This document shows, one piece after another, positions 9,173 to 19,359 of a stretch of 64,000 nucleotides of DNA (position 1 is its first letter; every line of letters begins with the position of its first letter). Made by a program: the position numbers and the translations under genes. This DNA is from Candidatus Enterousia sp. GTDB lineage: Bacteria > Pseudomonadota > Alphaproteobacteria > Rs-D84. Below the pieces are notes generated by a model. It was not told where the DNA came from and searched no databases. It worked only from the letters and a program-made list of their open reading frames with translations. The DNA lies in assembly GCA_045645645.1 (NCBI GenBank), contig JAZRJE010000020.1:2249-66248 (forward strand), written 5' to 3'.

Positions 9173-10585
9173 ATGCTAGAATATTTACGTAATGCGGCAG
9201 AAAAACCTGTTGCGAAATTTTTTATTGCCTTGCTGGCTTTCTCGTTTGTTGGATGGGGCGTTGCAGAATGGATTTTTGGCAATGTCGCAGGGGATAATAC
9301 GATGATAAAGGTAGGGGATGGTGAAATTACCTATCAGCAGTTTGCAATGGAACGAAATCGTGAAATTGCCGCGATGACGCGCGATCAACAACGGGCGTTC
9401 TATGCGGATCCGATTTTGGCGGATCAGCTGACTAAAAAAGTATTGTCTAATTTGACTAGTCAGCGCTTGGCAGAAAATCGTGCTGACGATTTAGGGTTTG
9501 TTGTTTCAGATGCACGAATCGCACGTGAAATTCGTTCTTTCCCAGAATTCCAGGAGAAAGGTAAGTTTTCTGCTTATTTATTTGACTATGTTCTGAATAA
9601 TTCTGGATATACAGAAGCACAGTTTGCAGCTGTGTTACGTAATCAGGTTCGCAGATCGATGGTGTTGGGTGCAGTTGCATCGTCTGTAGCAGTTCCAGAA
9701 TTTGCAGTAAAGGCGGTTTATGATGCGCGCTATGCATTGCGTGATATTGATCTGGTAACTGTGAATTTTGATGATTTTAAGGTTGGACAACCGACAGATG
9801 AAGATTTGCGGGCTTTTTATGCTCAGAATCCGCGTACTGTGCCAGAATTTAGAACGGTTTCTTATATTTTAGTGCCAGCTGAGATGGATAAGCCAGATAG
9901 CTATGATAATGGATATAACACAATTGTTAAGATTGAGGATGATGTTATCGCAGGTGAAGATTTCGCAGATGTGGCTAAAAAGTATAATGCTAAATATGTA
10001 TCTTTGAAGCCTTTTAGTAAAGGGCAATTGCCAACAGATGCTGTTCTGTCCGATAAAATGATTGCTTCCTTTATGGATATGGATGAGGGCGTCGAAAGTG
10101 AGGTGATTGAAACCAAAGACGGTTTTGTTATTGCACGTGTCGAAAAAGTTGTGCCAGCACATACACAGGATTTTGATTCTGTGAAGCAGGATTTGGTTAA
10201 AGACTGGCAACGTGATGCTCAGAAAAAGCAGGCTTATGTTCGTGCTAATGAAATCTTGGTAGATTTAAATAAAAATGGTGAAATGCAGAATAAAAAATCA
10301 TTAAGTGTATCTCGTACATCTGGGGCATCTATTGATGTTTTGAATTCCGCATTTAATAATCCAATTGAAACGAATACAATTGTTCCTGGGGCTGATGCAT
10401 TTTATGTATTGCGAATAAAGTCTGAAAAAGCTCCGCAGGTTGATGACAAAAAAATGTCTGCATTGCGTAAGGAGTTAGAGAAAATAAATGATACGTTGGT
10501 TATGGATGATTATAATTCATTCTTGATGCGCGAATACCCAGTACGAATTAATGAAAAAGTTTTCAATCGCGTATTGGCAAAATAA
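9173..10585 (+). CDS. PpiD-like periplasmic chaperone (N-terminal membrane anchor, SurA-N-like region, degenerate parvulin-like domain)
   Basis: N-terminus MLEYLRNAAEKPVAKFFIALLAFSFVGWGV is typical of PpiD-type proteins. Parvulin-like stretch EDFADVAKKYN...KDGFVIARVEKV. Divergent from tpiA, as in many Alphaproteobacteria. Confidence 0.7.
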   Translation: MLEYLRNAAEKPVAKFFIALLAFSFVGWGVAEWIFGNVAGDNTMIKVGDGEITYQQFAMERNREIAAMTRDQQRAFYADPILADQLTKKVLSNLTSQRLAENRADDLGFVVSDARIAREIRSFPEFQEKGKFSAYLFDYVLNNSGYTEAQFAAVLRNQVRRSMVLGAVASSVAVPEFAVKAVYDARYALRDIDLVTVNFDDFKVGQPTDEDLRAFYAQNPRTVPEFRTVSYILVPAEMDKPDSYDNGYNTIVKIEDDVIAGEDFADVAKKYNAKYVSLKPFSKGQLPTDAVLSDKMIASFMDMDEGVESEVIETKDGFVIARVEKVVPAHTQDFDSVKQDLVKDWQRDAQKKQAYVRANEILVDLNKNGEMQNKKSLSVSRTSGASIDVLNSAFNNPIETNTIVPGADAFYVLRIKSEKAPQVDDKKMSALRKELEKINDTLVMDDYNSFLMREYPVRINEKVFNRVLAK

Positions 10586-10612
10586 AAAATCCCCAATCGG
10601 GGATTTTTTTTT
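10585..10612. terminator. Bidirectional Rho-independent terminator
   Basis: AAAAAATCCCC-AATC-GGGGATTTTTTTT lies between convergent genes. Confidence 0.8.
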
Positions 10613-11435
10613 AAGCAACTTTTTGTTGAGATTGCATTAACATCTGAATACGGATGATTTCAGCCAAATTGGTAACTTTGCCAGATGCCTGCTGAAACTG
10701 TGGTTTTAAATCTGGTTTTTTGACAGATTTTTTAATCTGTTGCGCAAATTCTTTATCTTTGGCTTCTTGTGATAATAATCGAGCTTTTTCAATATTGCGA
10801 ACCGCAATCTGCTTTGAATTTACAGCAGTTTCTTTCTGTGGAACAACAGATGAATTAACCCCAGGTTTAGCAATAACTTGTTCTCCATTGCGTGTTTGTG
10901 GAATTGTTTCTTGATGTTTGGCATCTACAGACATTGGTAATGGTTTTTTGTCGGTTTGTGTCTCAACTTGTACAGGGTGTTTCATGATTGATTTTGTTTT
11001 ATCTTTGTCTAATTCTATTTTGCATTGCGATGATAATAATGTTATTTCACCCATTGCCGAACGAACATTTCGCACAGCATATTCGCGCATTTCTTGAACA
11101 TTGCCATTAAATACCGAATCACGCTGAGGGTGCGTCATAATGTGACGTGGCCAAACACTTTTATGTGTTTCATGCATAATTTCTAAAAACTTGGTCGCAG
11201 GGTTATTCTTATCACGTGCATTAATTATGTTTTTTATCTGGGTTAAAGATGTTTGCCACGCAGTTCCTAAGTTTTTTTTGTTAGTCCAATTCATACAAGA
11301 TAATCCAAAATATAATTTAAAATATGCATTGCCTAAATTGTACTTCTTGGTAGCATCCATTGTTATATGTGCAGATTTTATTAATAATTTTTCCTGAATT
11401 TCAGGACTGTGCAGTAATTTTTGAAATGTGTTCAT
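10611..11435 (-). CDS. Hypothetical cytoplasmic protein
   Basis: Long ORF with no signal peptide and no motif I recognise; a terminator lies at its 3' end. Confidence 0.55.
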   Translation of the reverse strand: MNTFQKLLHSPEIQEKLLIKSAHITMDATKKYNLGNAYFKLYFGLSCMNWTNKKNLGTAWQTSLTQIKNIINARDKNNPATKFLEIMHETHKSVWPRHIMTHPQRDSVFNGNVQEMREYAVRNVRSAMGEITLLSSQCKIELDKDKTKSIMKHPVQVETQTDKKPLPMSVDAKHQETIPQTRNGEQVIAKPGVNSSVVPQKETAVNSKQIAVRNIEKARLLSQEAKDKEFAQQIKKSVKKPDLKPQFQQASGKVTNLAEIIRIQMLMQSQQKVA

Positions 11436-11683
11436 ATCTGACCCCTTTGGTAAAAAATATCCCCCAGGTCATCAGCCCAGGATATATATATAGGTCGCAG
11501 GTCATATATTTTCAAGGGCTTTATGTCAAGAAAAAAGATTTTTTGACATCTGTCCTAAATACATGCAAAATGTAAATGTTCATATCAAAACAACGTGCTG
11601 TTGCCAAGAATGGGCGGCATGGGTATGAACCCACATCTTGCCAATAATGGGGGTGTGGCAATTCATCGAAACTAAGGAGTTAA

Positions 11684-12712
11684 ATGATGAAAAAAACTTT
11701 AAGCGCAGCAGTTGCTTTATCGTTATTTGCGGCACCTGCATTTGCGGCAAATCTGGAAAACCCACTGTATATGCCAAAGAAAAATGAATTATATTCAAAA
11801 ACATCTGTTGGCGTTATGTACAAGGTTGCAGATGACACAACAGCTATGGTAAAAAAAGAACACGATGGCGCAACAGAATTCCCAATCTGGCGTTTACATG
11901 AAGATTTGGGTTATGGTATTACAGATAGATTGGAAGTATACGCAAAGGTTGGCTATACACACGATGGTGACATTGACCGCAAAGGCATGCATCAGGGGCG
12001 TGTTGGTTTGAAATATCGTGTATTTGAATCTACAGATGGATTTGCATGGGATGTTTATGCCGATGCACATTTGGGTGGTGTTAGCGGTATGGCTGGTTCT
12101 TATGCAGCAAATGGTTTTACATATGATAATTATTCAAATGGTCGCTGGGGCTTCCACGCAGGGACGCAGGTTGGTAAAACTTGGTCCAAATTTACAGCTG
12201 CGGCATTCTTTGAAGTACTGCAAACATTTGGAAACGATAATAATGAAATTGATGTAACAGGATATAAGTTACCTGCTGCATTAGGTGGCGCTGCTATTAC
12301 GTCATTAGGTTTCCCAGATGAAATTTCTGTTGATTTGAAATCTACAACAGAATTTAACGCTGGTTTAAAATCTTTTTATCAGATTGATGATCGTTGGTCA
12401 ATTGGTGGTGGCTTCACATTTAAGCATCATGAAGATAATGGTGTAGAAGGTTTGGCTTCGGATTTGAAAGTAATGCCTTCACCATATGATGTATATCAGA
12501 AGATGGTTGTTGATCAGCTGCTTGCAACTGTAAAAGATATGAACGACGGATTTGATGAATACATCATTTCTTTGTCTGGTTCATATCAGTTGACTGATAA
12601 AACCCAGGTCACATTATACGGTGAATACACATTCGATGATGCACATCAAATGTCACAAAATGGTACAGATGTTAAAGCTGAATTGGGTGCACGTATAAAC
12701 GTAGTATTCTAA
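11684..12712 (+). CDS. Outer-membrane beta-barrel protein (porin-like)
   Basis: AAGGAG SD. Signal peptide MMKKTLSAAVALSLFAAPAFA. Alternating aromatic/hydrophilic strands. C-terminal ...ELGARINVVF with a terminal Phe. Confidence 0.65.
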   Translation: MMKKTLSAAVALSLFAAPAFAANLENPLYMPKKNELYSKTSVGVMYKVADDTTAMVKKEHDGATEFPIWRLHEDLGYGITDRLEVYAKVGYTHDGDIDRKGMHQGRVGLKYRVFESTDGFAWDVYADAHLGGVSGMAGSYAANGFTYDNYSNGRWGFHAGTQVGKTWSKFTAAAFFEVLQTFGNDNNEIDVTGYKLPAALGGAAITSLGFPDEISVDLKSTTEFNAGLKSFYQIDDRWSIGGGFTFKHHEDNGVEGLASDLKVMPSPYDVYQKMVVDQLLATVKDMNDGFDEYIISLSGSYQLTDKTQVTLYGEYTFDDAHQMSQNGTDVKAELGARINVVF

Positions 12713-12748
12713 AACACATAAACTATAAATATAACTTATATTGGACAT

Positions 12749-12774
12749 AAAACCCATCGATTGATGGGTTTTTA
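12749..12774 (+). terminator. Rho-independent terminator
   Basis: AAAACCCATC-GATT-GATGGGTTTTT. Confidence 0.75.
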
Positions 12775-12877
12775 TAATGTCAATAGGATTAAAGGCAAAA
12801 TTTTTGTTGAATATTCAAAATAATGTGCTACGAATAAAAATATCCGTTTGGGATTAAATCTTAGAGAAGGAGATAAT

Positions 12878-15682
12878 ATGTCCAATACAAAAAATTTTGC
12901 GGACCTGATGAAAGTCTGCAGCGTTTTGCCAGCCTTGTTGGTTATGCCAGCATTTGCGGCAACACATTCGGATGATATAACCATTGCAGATGGTAAGACA
13001 CTGACTGTTCGTACTGGGGCAGAAGAAACCTATACAGGTGCGCTGACTGGTGCGGGAACGTTCGCTGTGACACCAGGTGGTAAAGTTGATGGTGTATATA
13101 AACCTACTGTAGCTGTGCTGGAAGGTAGTGTCGCTGGCTTTACGGGTGATTTTAGTACTATACAGTATGGTAATGGAGGTTTGCCAAATACGGTTAGTTC
13201 AATTGTATTTAAAAATTGGGACGCTGCGCAGGGATTTAACCTGGTTGGAAATGGATATTTTGTATTTGATGGCAATGAAACAGTTAAAATTGCAAGTGCT
13301 AAACCAGGAAATTCAGCAGGGACTGTGTTTTTAAAGGGAAATGCGCTGTCAACGGAATCGGTGGTTGATAAAAAGCTAAATGTTCATATGTCTGATGCAG
13401 ATAAAGATATTGAATTGAATGGATATAAATCGTTGTCAAAGGCTGAAATCTTTGTAATTGATGGTGGACAAACGATAAATGGCAACCTGGAAGTTGATAT
13501 CGAAGATTCAAATATTGGCAGTGTTTATGCAATGCCGAATAATACAACGATGGTTGGTGACATTGATATAGAAATTGATAATACTACTTTGGGTAAGGTT
13601 GTTGCCCAGGTTGGCGGTTCAAAAGATACAAATTCTGTTTTGACGGGTAATATTAATATTGATGTCGAAAATTCAAATGTCGGTGAAGTTATCGGACAGC
13701 ATTTTTTTGCCGAAGGTACGTCAAAATCTGGTATCAATGGGGATATTAATATTGATGTTGAAAATTCAGTTGTTGGTTTGATTAGTGGTGTTAGTTTTAA
13801 TGGTGGTGTTGACCAGATAAACTGGAATACAACAATGTATAATTCGGCAGAAAACACTAATATCCGGGTCAAAGATTCTGTTATCAAGGAAGAATTGTTG
13901 GCAACGGGGTCGCATCCAAGTGCCGGCAATGTAAAAATTGATGTATTGGGTAATACAGTTATTGGATATACGGATGCAACAGCAGAAGAGCGTACGCTTG
14001 ATAATAAAGGTGACCCGAAAGACGGTTGGATTATTGCAGGGGCGCAAAGACCGGGTGCGCGTGTTGAAAGTGCTTTGGTTAATCTGAATACCATTGATGA
14101 AAATGGTACGATTAAAATTGCAGGGGCAATCAATGCAGGTGGTCGTGAACGTCCAGAAGATCACAACAAAGATGCCGATATAGATAGTACAGGTCGCACA
14201 ACATTAAATATGTTTGGTGGCGGTAATATCTTTGTTGGTGGTGATGTTCGTGCATTCCGTGTAAAAGGTGATGCAATATTTAACGCGAATGATGTGACGG
14301 TTGATATTGCTGGTGCGTTAAAAGAATTTAAAGAAATCAATATCGGTGCTGGTACTGTTCTGACAGTCAATAATTTAGAATTGGCAGATAATTCTGTTAT
14401 GAACATTACATTGGCAGACAGTCAGAATTACGGTCAATTGGCTGTAAATGGTTCTGTAATCGGGGCCAATAATTCAACGCTGAACGTGTTGGTGTCAACA
14501 GTTGGTGAATATAAAGACGTATTGTCTGGAATTAAATTTACTGACTTTGAAACTGTGTCAGCTGGTACATTGTTTGATGTTGACCTGAACGGTTCAGATG
14601 TTATTGTAAGTGTCAAGTCTGTTGAAGATATGGCACAGCAGGTTGGTATTTCAATGGAGGCGGCTAGTGCAGTTGCTTCTTTGGCGACAGCGTCTGATGC
14701 TAAATTGCAAGAATTGTCTTTAATGGTTCAAGAAGTGTTGGCAACAGAAGGGGCCGCAGTTGTTGAACAGGAAATGGCAAAGCTTAAACCAGCAGATAAA
14801 CCAATTACACAGTCTGTTGTGGCATCTGTCCAGGGACAGGTTTTAACTGTTGCGTCTGGACGTATGGCGTCTGTTGGTGGGACAACTGGACGTGCTGGTG
14901 GTGATGTAACAGCGTCTGGCGTTTGGGCACAGGGGTTGTTTAATAAGTCTAAGTTGAATGGCCAATTCCATGGGTATACACGTGGGTTTGCGTTGGGTGC
15001 AGATACTGTTGTTGATAATGTTTATACGGTCGGGGCAGGGTATGCATACAGCAGTACAGATATTCATTCAAATGGTATGACCACAGATGTAGAAAGTAAT
15101 TCTATGTTTGTATATGGTCAGTACAAGCCATCAGAATGGTCTGTGAATGTTACAATGAACTATACTGCATCTGATTATACAGATAATGCAAGTTTGTTTG
15201 GCGTTGCGCTGGATAATGAATATAGTTCTGACGCATTTGGTATGCAAACGATGGTTGGGTATGATTTTGAAAATGGTGTAAGCCAAGAATTTGGTGTGCG
15301 CTATTTGCATGTATCCCAAGATAAACATATTGATGCACTGGGACGGACAATTCAGGAAATAAATTCTGATTTCTTGTCAACAATTCTTGGTGTGAACTAT
15401 GCGTTTGCAATTGAAAATGATTGGGCTGTTGCATTGCGTCCAGAATTGCGTGCAGCAATGACATATGATGTTGTTTCTGACAGTTCAATTGCAACAATAT
15501 TGGTTCCTGGATCATCTGCATATTATGTTGATGTCGAAAACCTGAGTCGTTTGGGCGGTGAATTCGGTATCGGATTAACTGCAGAATATCGTGGGTTGGA
15601 AATATCTTTAAACTATGAACTGGATTTGCACAGAGATTATACATCGCAAACAGGTATGTTAAAGTTTAGATATGATTTCTAA
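12878..15682 (+). CDS. Autotransporter (repetitive beta-helix passenger plus C-terminal beta-barrel)
   Basis: GAAGGAGA SD before the ATG at 12878 (the ORF-track start 12848 is TTG). Signal peptide ...VLPALLVMPAFAA. Passenger repeats GDIDIEIDNTTLG, GNINIDVENSNVG and GDINIDVENSVVG. Barrel landmarks ASGVWAQGLFNKSKLNG...GFALGAD and the final ...MLKFRYDF. Confidence 0.85.
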   Translation: MSNTKNFADLMKVCSVLPALLVMPAFAATHSDDITIADGKTLTVRTGAEETYTGALTGAGTFAVTPGGKVDGVYKPTVAVLEGSVAGFTGDFSTIQYGNGGLPNTVSSIVFKNWDAAQGFNLVGNGYFVFDGNETVKIASAKPGNSAGTVFLKGNALSTESVVDKKLNVHMSDADKDIELNGYKSLSKAEIFVIDGGQTINGNLEVDIEDSNIGSVYAMPNNTTMVGDIDIEIDNTTLGKVVAQVGGSKDTNSVLTGNINIDVENSNVGEVIGQHFFAEGTSKSGINGDINIDVENSVVGLISGVSFNGGVDQINWNTTMYNSAENTNIRVKDSVIKEELLATGSHPSAGNVKIDVLGNTVIGYTDATAEERTLDNKGDPKDGWIIAGAQRPGARVESALVNLNTIDENGTIKIAGAINAGGRERPEDHNKDADIDSTGRTTLNMFGGGNIFVGGDVRAFRVKGDAIFNANDVTVDIAGALKEFKEINIGAGTVLTVNNLELADNSVMNITLADSQNYGQLAVNGSVIGANNSTLNVLVSTVGEYKDVLSGIKFTDFETVSAGTLFDVDLNGSDVIVSVKSVEDMAQQVGISMEAASAVASLATASDAKLQELSLMVQEVLATEGAAVVEQEMAKLKPADKPITQSVVASVQGQVLTVASGRMASVGGTTGRAGGDVTASGVWAQGLFNKSKLNGQFHGYTRGFALGADTVVDNVYTVGAGYAYSSTDIHSNGMTTDVESNSMFVYGQYKPSEWSVNVTMNYTASDYTDNASLFGVALDNEYSSDAFGMQTMVGYDFENGVSQEFGVRYLHVSQDKHIDALGRTIQEINSDFLSTILGVNYAFAIENDWAVALRPELRAAMTYDVVSDSSIATILVPGSSAYYVDVENLSRLGGEFGIGLTAEYRGLEISLNYELDLHRDYTSQTGMLKFRYDF

Positions 15683-15700
15683 TCTTGAACGGTTGGTAAG

Positions 15701-15736
15701 AAAATCCTCCCTTTTCCTTCCTTGGGGGGATTTTTT
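15701..15736 (+). terminator. Rho-independent terminator
   Basis: TCCTCCC ... GGGGGGA stem followed by TTTTTT. Confidence 0.6.
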
Positions 15737-15760
15737 ATATGTTAAGTATGTTTTGTTATA

Positions 15761-15788
15761 CTTGAAAAAATCTTAAAACGTTATATAT
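15761..15788 (+). promoter_or_regulatory. Possible RpoH (sigma32)-type promoter upstream of clpP
   Basis: CTTGAAA at 15761-15767, then 16 nt after CTTG, then TTATATAT at 15781-15788. This resembles the CTTG-N16/17-CyTATnT heat-shock consensus as I recall it. Confidence 0.25.
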
Positions 15789-15857
15789 ATGTTGTAAAAT
15801 TAGCGAATCGGACTTTCGTGTGATATAATTCAAACTGGTAAACAAAAGGGATTGGTT

Positions 15858-16439
15858 ATGGCTTTAATACCAATGGTTATTGAAGAATCGCCACGTGGTG
15901 AGCGGTCTTTTGATATTTATTCGCGCCTGTTACGTGATAGAATTATAATGGTAAATGGTGCAATAGAACCAGCAATGGCAAACAGTATTGTTGCGCAATT
16001 GTTATTTTTAGAATCTGAAAATCCAAATGCAGATATATCAATGTATATAAACAGCCCTGGGGGTGATGTTTCCGCTGGGTGGGCAATTATGGATACCATG
16101 CAGTATATTAAAGCTCCTGTTTCAACAATTGGTATGGGATTGGTTGCGTCAATGGGGTCGGTTTTGCTGGCTGCAGGTGAAAAAGGTAAACGTTTCGTTT
16201 TGCCAAATACACAGATTATGATACATCAGCCATTGGCTGGGGCCGAAGGGCAGATTACAGATATGGAAATTCGTTTGACACAGTATCAAAAGAATAAAAA
16301 AACATTGATCAAGCAGATGGCTGAATTTACAGGTAAAAAAGAAAAAGAACTGTTTGAGGCAATGGAACGTGATAACTGGATGTGTCCGAAAGAAGCTAAA
16401 GATTTCGGGCTGATTGACGGTATTTTAGAACGTAAATAA
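15858..16439 (+). CDS. clpP: ATP-dependent Clp protease proteolytic subunit
   Basis: [26 protein letters not shown] and MIHQP motifs. ATG at 15858 (the ORF-track start 15852 is TTG). Confidence 0.95.
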   Translation: MALIPMVIEESPRGERSFDIYSRLLRDRIIMVNGAIEPAMANSIVAQLLFLESENPNADISMYINSPGGDVSAGWAIMDTMQYIKAPVSTIGMGLVASMGSVLLAAGEKGKRFVLPNTQIMIHQPLAGAEGQITDMEIRLTQYQKNKKTLIKQMAEFTGKKEKELFEAMERDNWMCPKEAKDFGLIDGILERK

Positions 16440-16453
16440 TTAGGTTTTATACA

Positions 16454-17725
16454 ATGAGTGACGATAAAACAACATCAATGCCACCAGCAGCGGAAAATAA
16501 TAATCAGTTCTGCAGTTTTTGTGGAAAGGCTGTGTATGAAGTAAAAAAATTGGTTAGTGGGCGTAATGTTTGTATTTGTGATGAGTGTATCAATCTGTGT
16601 AATGATATTATGGCTGATGATATCAAAAAAGAAGTTGCACATGATGCATCTAAATTGCCAACACCGCGTCAGATTTATAATTTCTTGAATGATTATATTA
16701 TTGGGCAAGAGGAAGCAAAACGTACCTTGGCAGTGGCGGTGTATAATCATTACAAGAGACACAGCGCCATAGTGAAGTCAAATGTTGAAATTCAAAAGTC
16801 TAATGTTTTGTTAGTTGGGTCTACGGGAACTGGTAAAACATTGTTTGCGCAAACATTGGCACGTATTTTAGATATTCCATTTGCCATTGCAGATGCAACA
16901 ACGTTGACCGAAGCTGGTTACGTTGGTGATGATGTAGAAAGTGTTTTAACACGTTTGTTGCAGAATGCTAATTTTGATGTTGAACGTGCATCACGTGGCA
17001 TTATATATATTGATGAAATTGATAAGATTTCACGTAAATCCGAGAATCCATCTTTGACACGTGACGTGTCTGGCGAAGGTGTTCAACAGGCTTTGTTGAA
17101 GTTAATAGAAGGTACTGTTGCGAATGTACCAGCTGGTGGTGCGGGGCGTAAGCATCCAGGTGAAGCGACAGTTCAGTTAGATACCAGTAAGATTCTGTTT
17201 ATTTGTGGTGGGGCATTTGATGGGTTGAATAAGATTATTGCGAATCGCTCGTCCGCAAGACGTGGAATTGGATTTGGTGCAAATGTTGAATCTAAGGAAG
17301 AGCGTGATGCAAAAAGCTATATTGCTGATGTTCAACCAGAAGATTTGGTAAAATTTGGTATTATCCCAGAACTGGTGGGAAGATTGCCTGTTATCACAAC
17401 TTTGCGAGAATTAGATGAAGATGCATTGGTGAAGATTTTGACTGAACCAAAAAATGCGGTTGTAAAGCAGTTTTGTGCAATGCTTGAAATGGATGGTGTT
17501 AAATTGAATATAACGGAAGATGCTTTGCGCGAAATTGCCAAAATGGCGGTTGCTCGTAAAACAGGTGCACGTGGCTTACGTGGTATTTTGGAACGTGTTT
17601 TAATGCAACCAATGTTTGATGCACCAGATAATGAGGATTTAGCTGAGATTTTGATAGATGCAGATGTTGTTAAGGGGAATAAGCCACCAATTGAAATTTT
17701 AGCTGATTCAAAAAAAGCTGCTTAA
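16454..17725 (+). CDS. clpX: ATP-dependent Clp protease ATP-binding subunit ClpX
   Basis: Zn-finger CSFCGK...CICDEC, Walker [18 protein letters not shown] and GARGLR. Confidence 0.95.
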   Translation: MSDDKTTSMPPAAENNNQFCSFCGKAVYEVKKLVSGRNVCICDECINLCNDIMADDIKKEVAHDASKLPTPRQIYNFLNDYIIGQEEAKRTLAVAVYNHYKRHSAIVKSNVEIQKSNVLLVGSTGTGKTLFAQTLARILDIPFAIADATTLTEAGYVGDDVESVLTRLLQNANFDVERASRGIIYIDEIDKISRKSENPSLTRDVSGEGVQQALLKLIEGTVANVPAGGAGRKHPGEATVQLDTSKILFICGGAFDGLNKIIANRSSARRGIGFGANVESKEERDAKSYIADVQPEDLVKFGIIPELVGRLPVITTLRELDEDALVKILTEPKNAVVKQFCAMLEMDGVKLNITEDALREIAKMAVARKTGARGLRGILERVLMQPMFDAPDNEDLAEILIDADVVKGNKPPIEILADSKKAA

Positions 17726-17753
17726 AAAATCCACCGTTTTGGTGGATTTTTTT
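17724..17753. terminator. Bidirectional Rho-independent terminator
   Basis: AAAAAATCCACC-GTTTT-GGTGGATTTTTTT lies between convergent clpX and the OB-fold gene. Confidence 0.8.
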
Positions 17754-18123
17754 ATAATTTTTCAATATAGTTTATCTCAATCTCTGTTTTAAATATTCCT
17801 CTGTCAACTTCTCCGTACATTTTTACTGTGTCTGATGGTGTTATTGTTTGGCCCCGCCATTCGTCATCGTCTATTTCAACAGCAATCGATCCTGTTGCAT
17901 CTTCGAATAAGTATGTTTCACTGCCCATGCGTTGAACAATGTTACCTTTGACAATTACTGGTACATCATCACGCATTTCCATAATTTGTTTTACTGTCGA
18001 TATTGTTTCTGCGCCTGGCACAAATCCGCCCGCACTGGTATTTGTTGCGGCTGGTTGAAAATCTGCATTTGCGTATCCAATCATAGCGACGGATAAAATT
18101 GCAAAAATTGAAATTTTTTTCAT
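17752..18123 (-). CDS. YgiW/BOF-family periplasmic OB-fold protein
   Basis: Signal peptide MKKISIFAILSVAMIGYANA. GGF..G...TV..I..M.DD.PV.VKGNIV...G...Y.F.D.TGSI.VEIDDDEW.G pattern, typical of the family. Confidence 0.75.
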   Translation of the reverse strand: MKKISIFAILSVAMIGYANADFQPAATNTSAGGFVPGAETISTVKQIMEMRDDVPVIVKGNIVQRMGSETYLFEDATGSIAVEIDDDEWRGQTITPSDTVKMYGEVDRGIFKTEIEINYIEKL

Positions 18124-18192
18124 TGTTCGTTCCTTTGTTTTTGTTGCGTGTATAAAAAAAGTATATCATATTAAAAAGGTGTTTTGTCTAGG

Positions 18193-18219
18193 AAAAAAAC
18201 GGGGTGTTTCCCCGTTTTT
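18193..18219 (-). terminator. Rho-independent terminator after the MotB-like gene
   Basis: CGGGG-TGTTT-CCCCG with an A-run on the plus strand, which reads as a T-run on the minus strand. Confidence 0.65.
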
Positions 18220-19330
18220 ATCTGTTGGTTAGCTGCATTTCTATTCGTCTGTTTTGTTGCAGGCTTGCTGCATCATTACCCAAACTGACAGGAGATGTAT
18301 CGCCAAATCCTGTTGGAAGTAATCTGCGACGAGAAACACCATTTTTTGCCAGTTCTTCTACGACAGCTGTGGCACGTAATAGTGATAACTGGGTATTGTT
18401 TCTGTAACCGCGTGTTCCAGCAATAACAGGTTTGTTATCTGTATGACCATCAACGCGTATAATCCAATTTATGTCAGTTGGAATTTGGTTTTCCATGTCT
18501 TTGATTACATTGGCAATTAAGCGTAACTGGTTTTTTCCTTCGGCGGTTAGATTGTATGCACCACTGGAAAATAAGATGTCACTGGATACAATAAATCTGT
18601 CGCCATCTGGTTGCAGTGTTGTTCTGTTCCCCATTGTATTTTTTATAGCTTTATAGAATGCGGATTGATATTGTGACATATCGTTTAGTTCCGCAACTTT
18701 GTCAGCTAGTGCTTTATTTAGTCGTGTTGACATCTCAACATATCGTATTTCTTGATTTCGTGATTTTTCTTCTGCTGCATCCAGGGCGGCTTGTAAATTT
18801 TCTAATTGTTGGGATAGTTCCAAATATTGAATATCCATTTGTTCTTCCAGTGCCGCACGTTCTAGTTCCAGTTCGTTTGCGCGTTCACTGTCCAGTGTTG
18901 CTTGGGCAAGCTGTTCTGTTAGTGAATCTACCATGTTTTGCATCTCTATACCCTGGGCTTGCAAACTGTTTACTTTGTTTTCGTAAGCCGTAATAAGATC
19001 TTCGATACTTAAATCCATTTCATTTAGTTCGTTGGTCAAAGCAATATTATTCTTTTCCAAGTTTTCTAATTCGTTCCTTGCTAGGATTAGCAAACGCTTG
19101 GCTTCTTCTTCATCCATGCTCATTTGCTGGATTTGCTCAGCCTGGTTGGCATTTGTTGCTTTTAATTCTGCAACAACACGTGCACCAGTTGATTTATTGA
19201 ATACACTGGTTGTTGTCCATAAAAACACGAATACAATTAGTAAAAATATTAATATAATTACCAGATTCGAAAACAGGTCAACGAATCCAGGCCATGGGTT
19301 TATTTGGTTACGATATCGCATGTTTAACAT
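18218..19330 (-). CDS. MotB/OmpA-family peptidoglycan-binding protein with a long internal coiled coil
   Basis: N-terminal NPWPGFVDLFSNLVIILIFLLIV (MotB-type TM). About 200 aa of heptad-rich sequence. C-terminal OmpA-like RVDGHTDNKPV...NTQLSLLRATAVVEEL...NRRIEMQL. Confidence 0.75.
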   Translation of the reverse strand: MLNMRYRNQINPWPGFVDLFSNLVIILIFLLIVFVFLWTTTSVFNKSTGARVVAELKATNANQAEQIQQMSMDEEEAKRLLILARNELENLEKNNIALTNELNEMDLSIEDLITAYENKVNSLQAQGIEMQNMVDSLTEQLAQATLDSERANELELERAALEEQMDIQYLELSQQLENLQAALDAAEEKSRNQEIRYVEMSTRLNKALADKVAELNDMSQYQSAFYKAIKNTMGNRTTLQPDGDRFIVSSDILFSSGAYNLTAEGKNQLRLIANVIKDMENQIPTDINWIIRVDGHTDNKPVIAGTRGYRNNTQLSLLRATAVVEELAKNGVSRRRLLPTGFGDTSPVSLGNDAASLQQNRRIEMQLTNR

Positions 19331-19359
19331 TTTTTATTCTCTCTCTTTGTGATATCAAG

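Noticed and set aside
11360-11804. ORFs 11360..11575 (+) and 11580..11804 (-) in the intergenic region upstream of the porin-like gene.
   Set aside because: They lie in AT-rich promoter DNA between divergent genes and lack an SD. One overlaps the well-supported start of the 11684 gene.
13525-14133. 202-aa minus-strand ORF (and neighbours 13766..14164 and 15150..15644) inside the autotransporter gene.
   Set aside because: They are shadow ORFs opposite a strongly supported coding frame with repeats, a barrel domain, an SD and a signal peptide. Their composition is atypical (Pro/Ser/Ile runs). The same reasoning applies to the antisense ORFs within recG, nrdD, the GT2 genes, clpX, rne and the Cys-rich genes.
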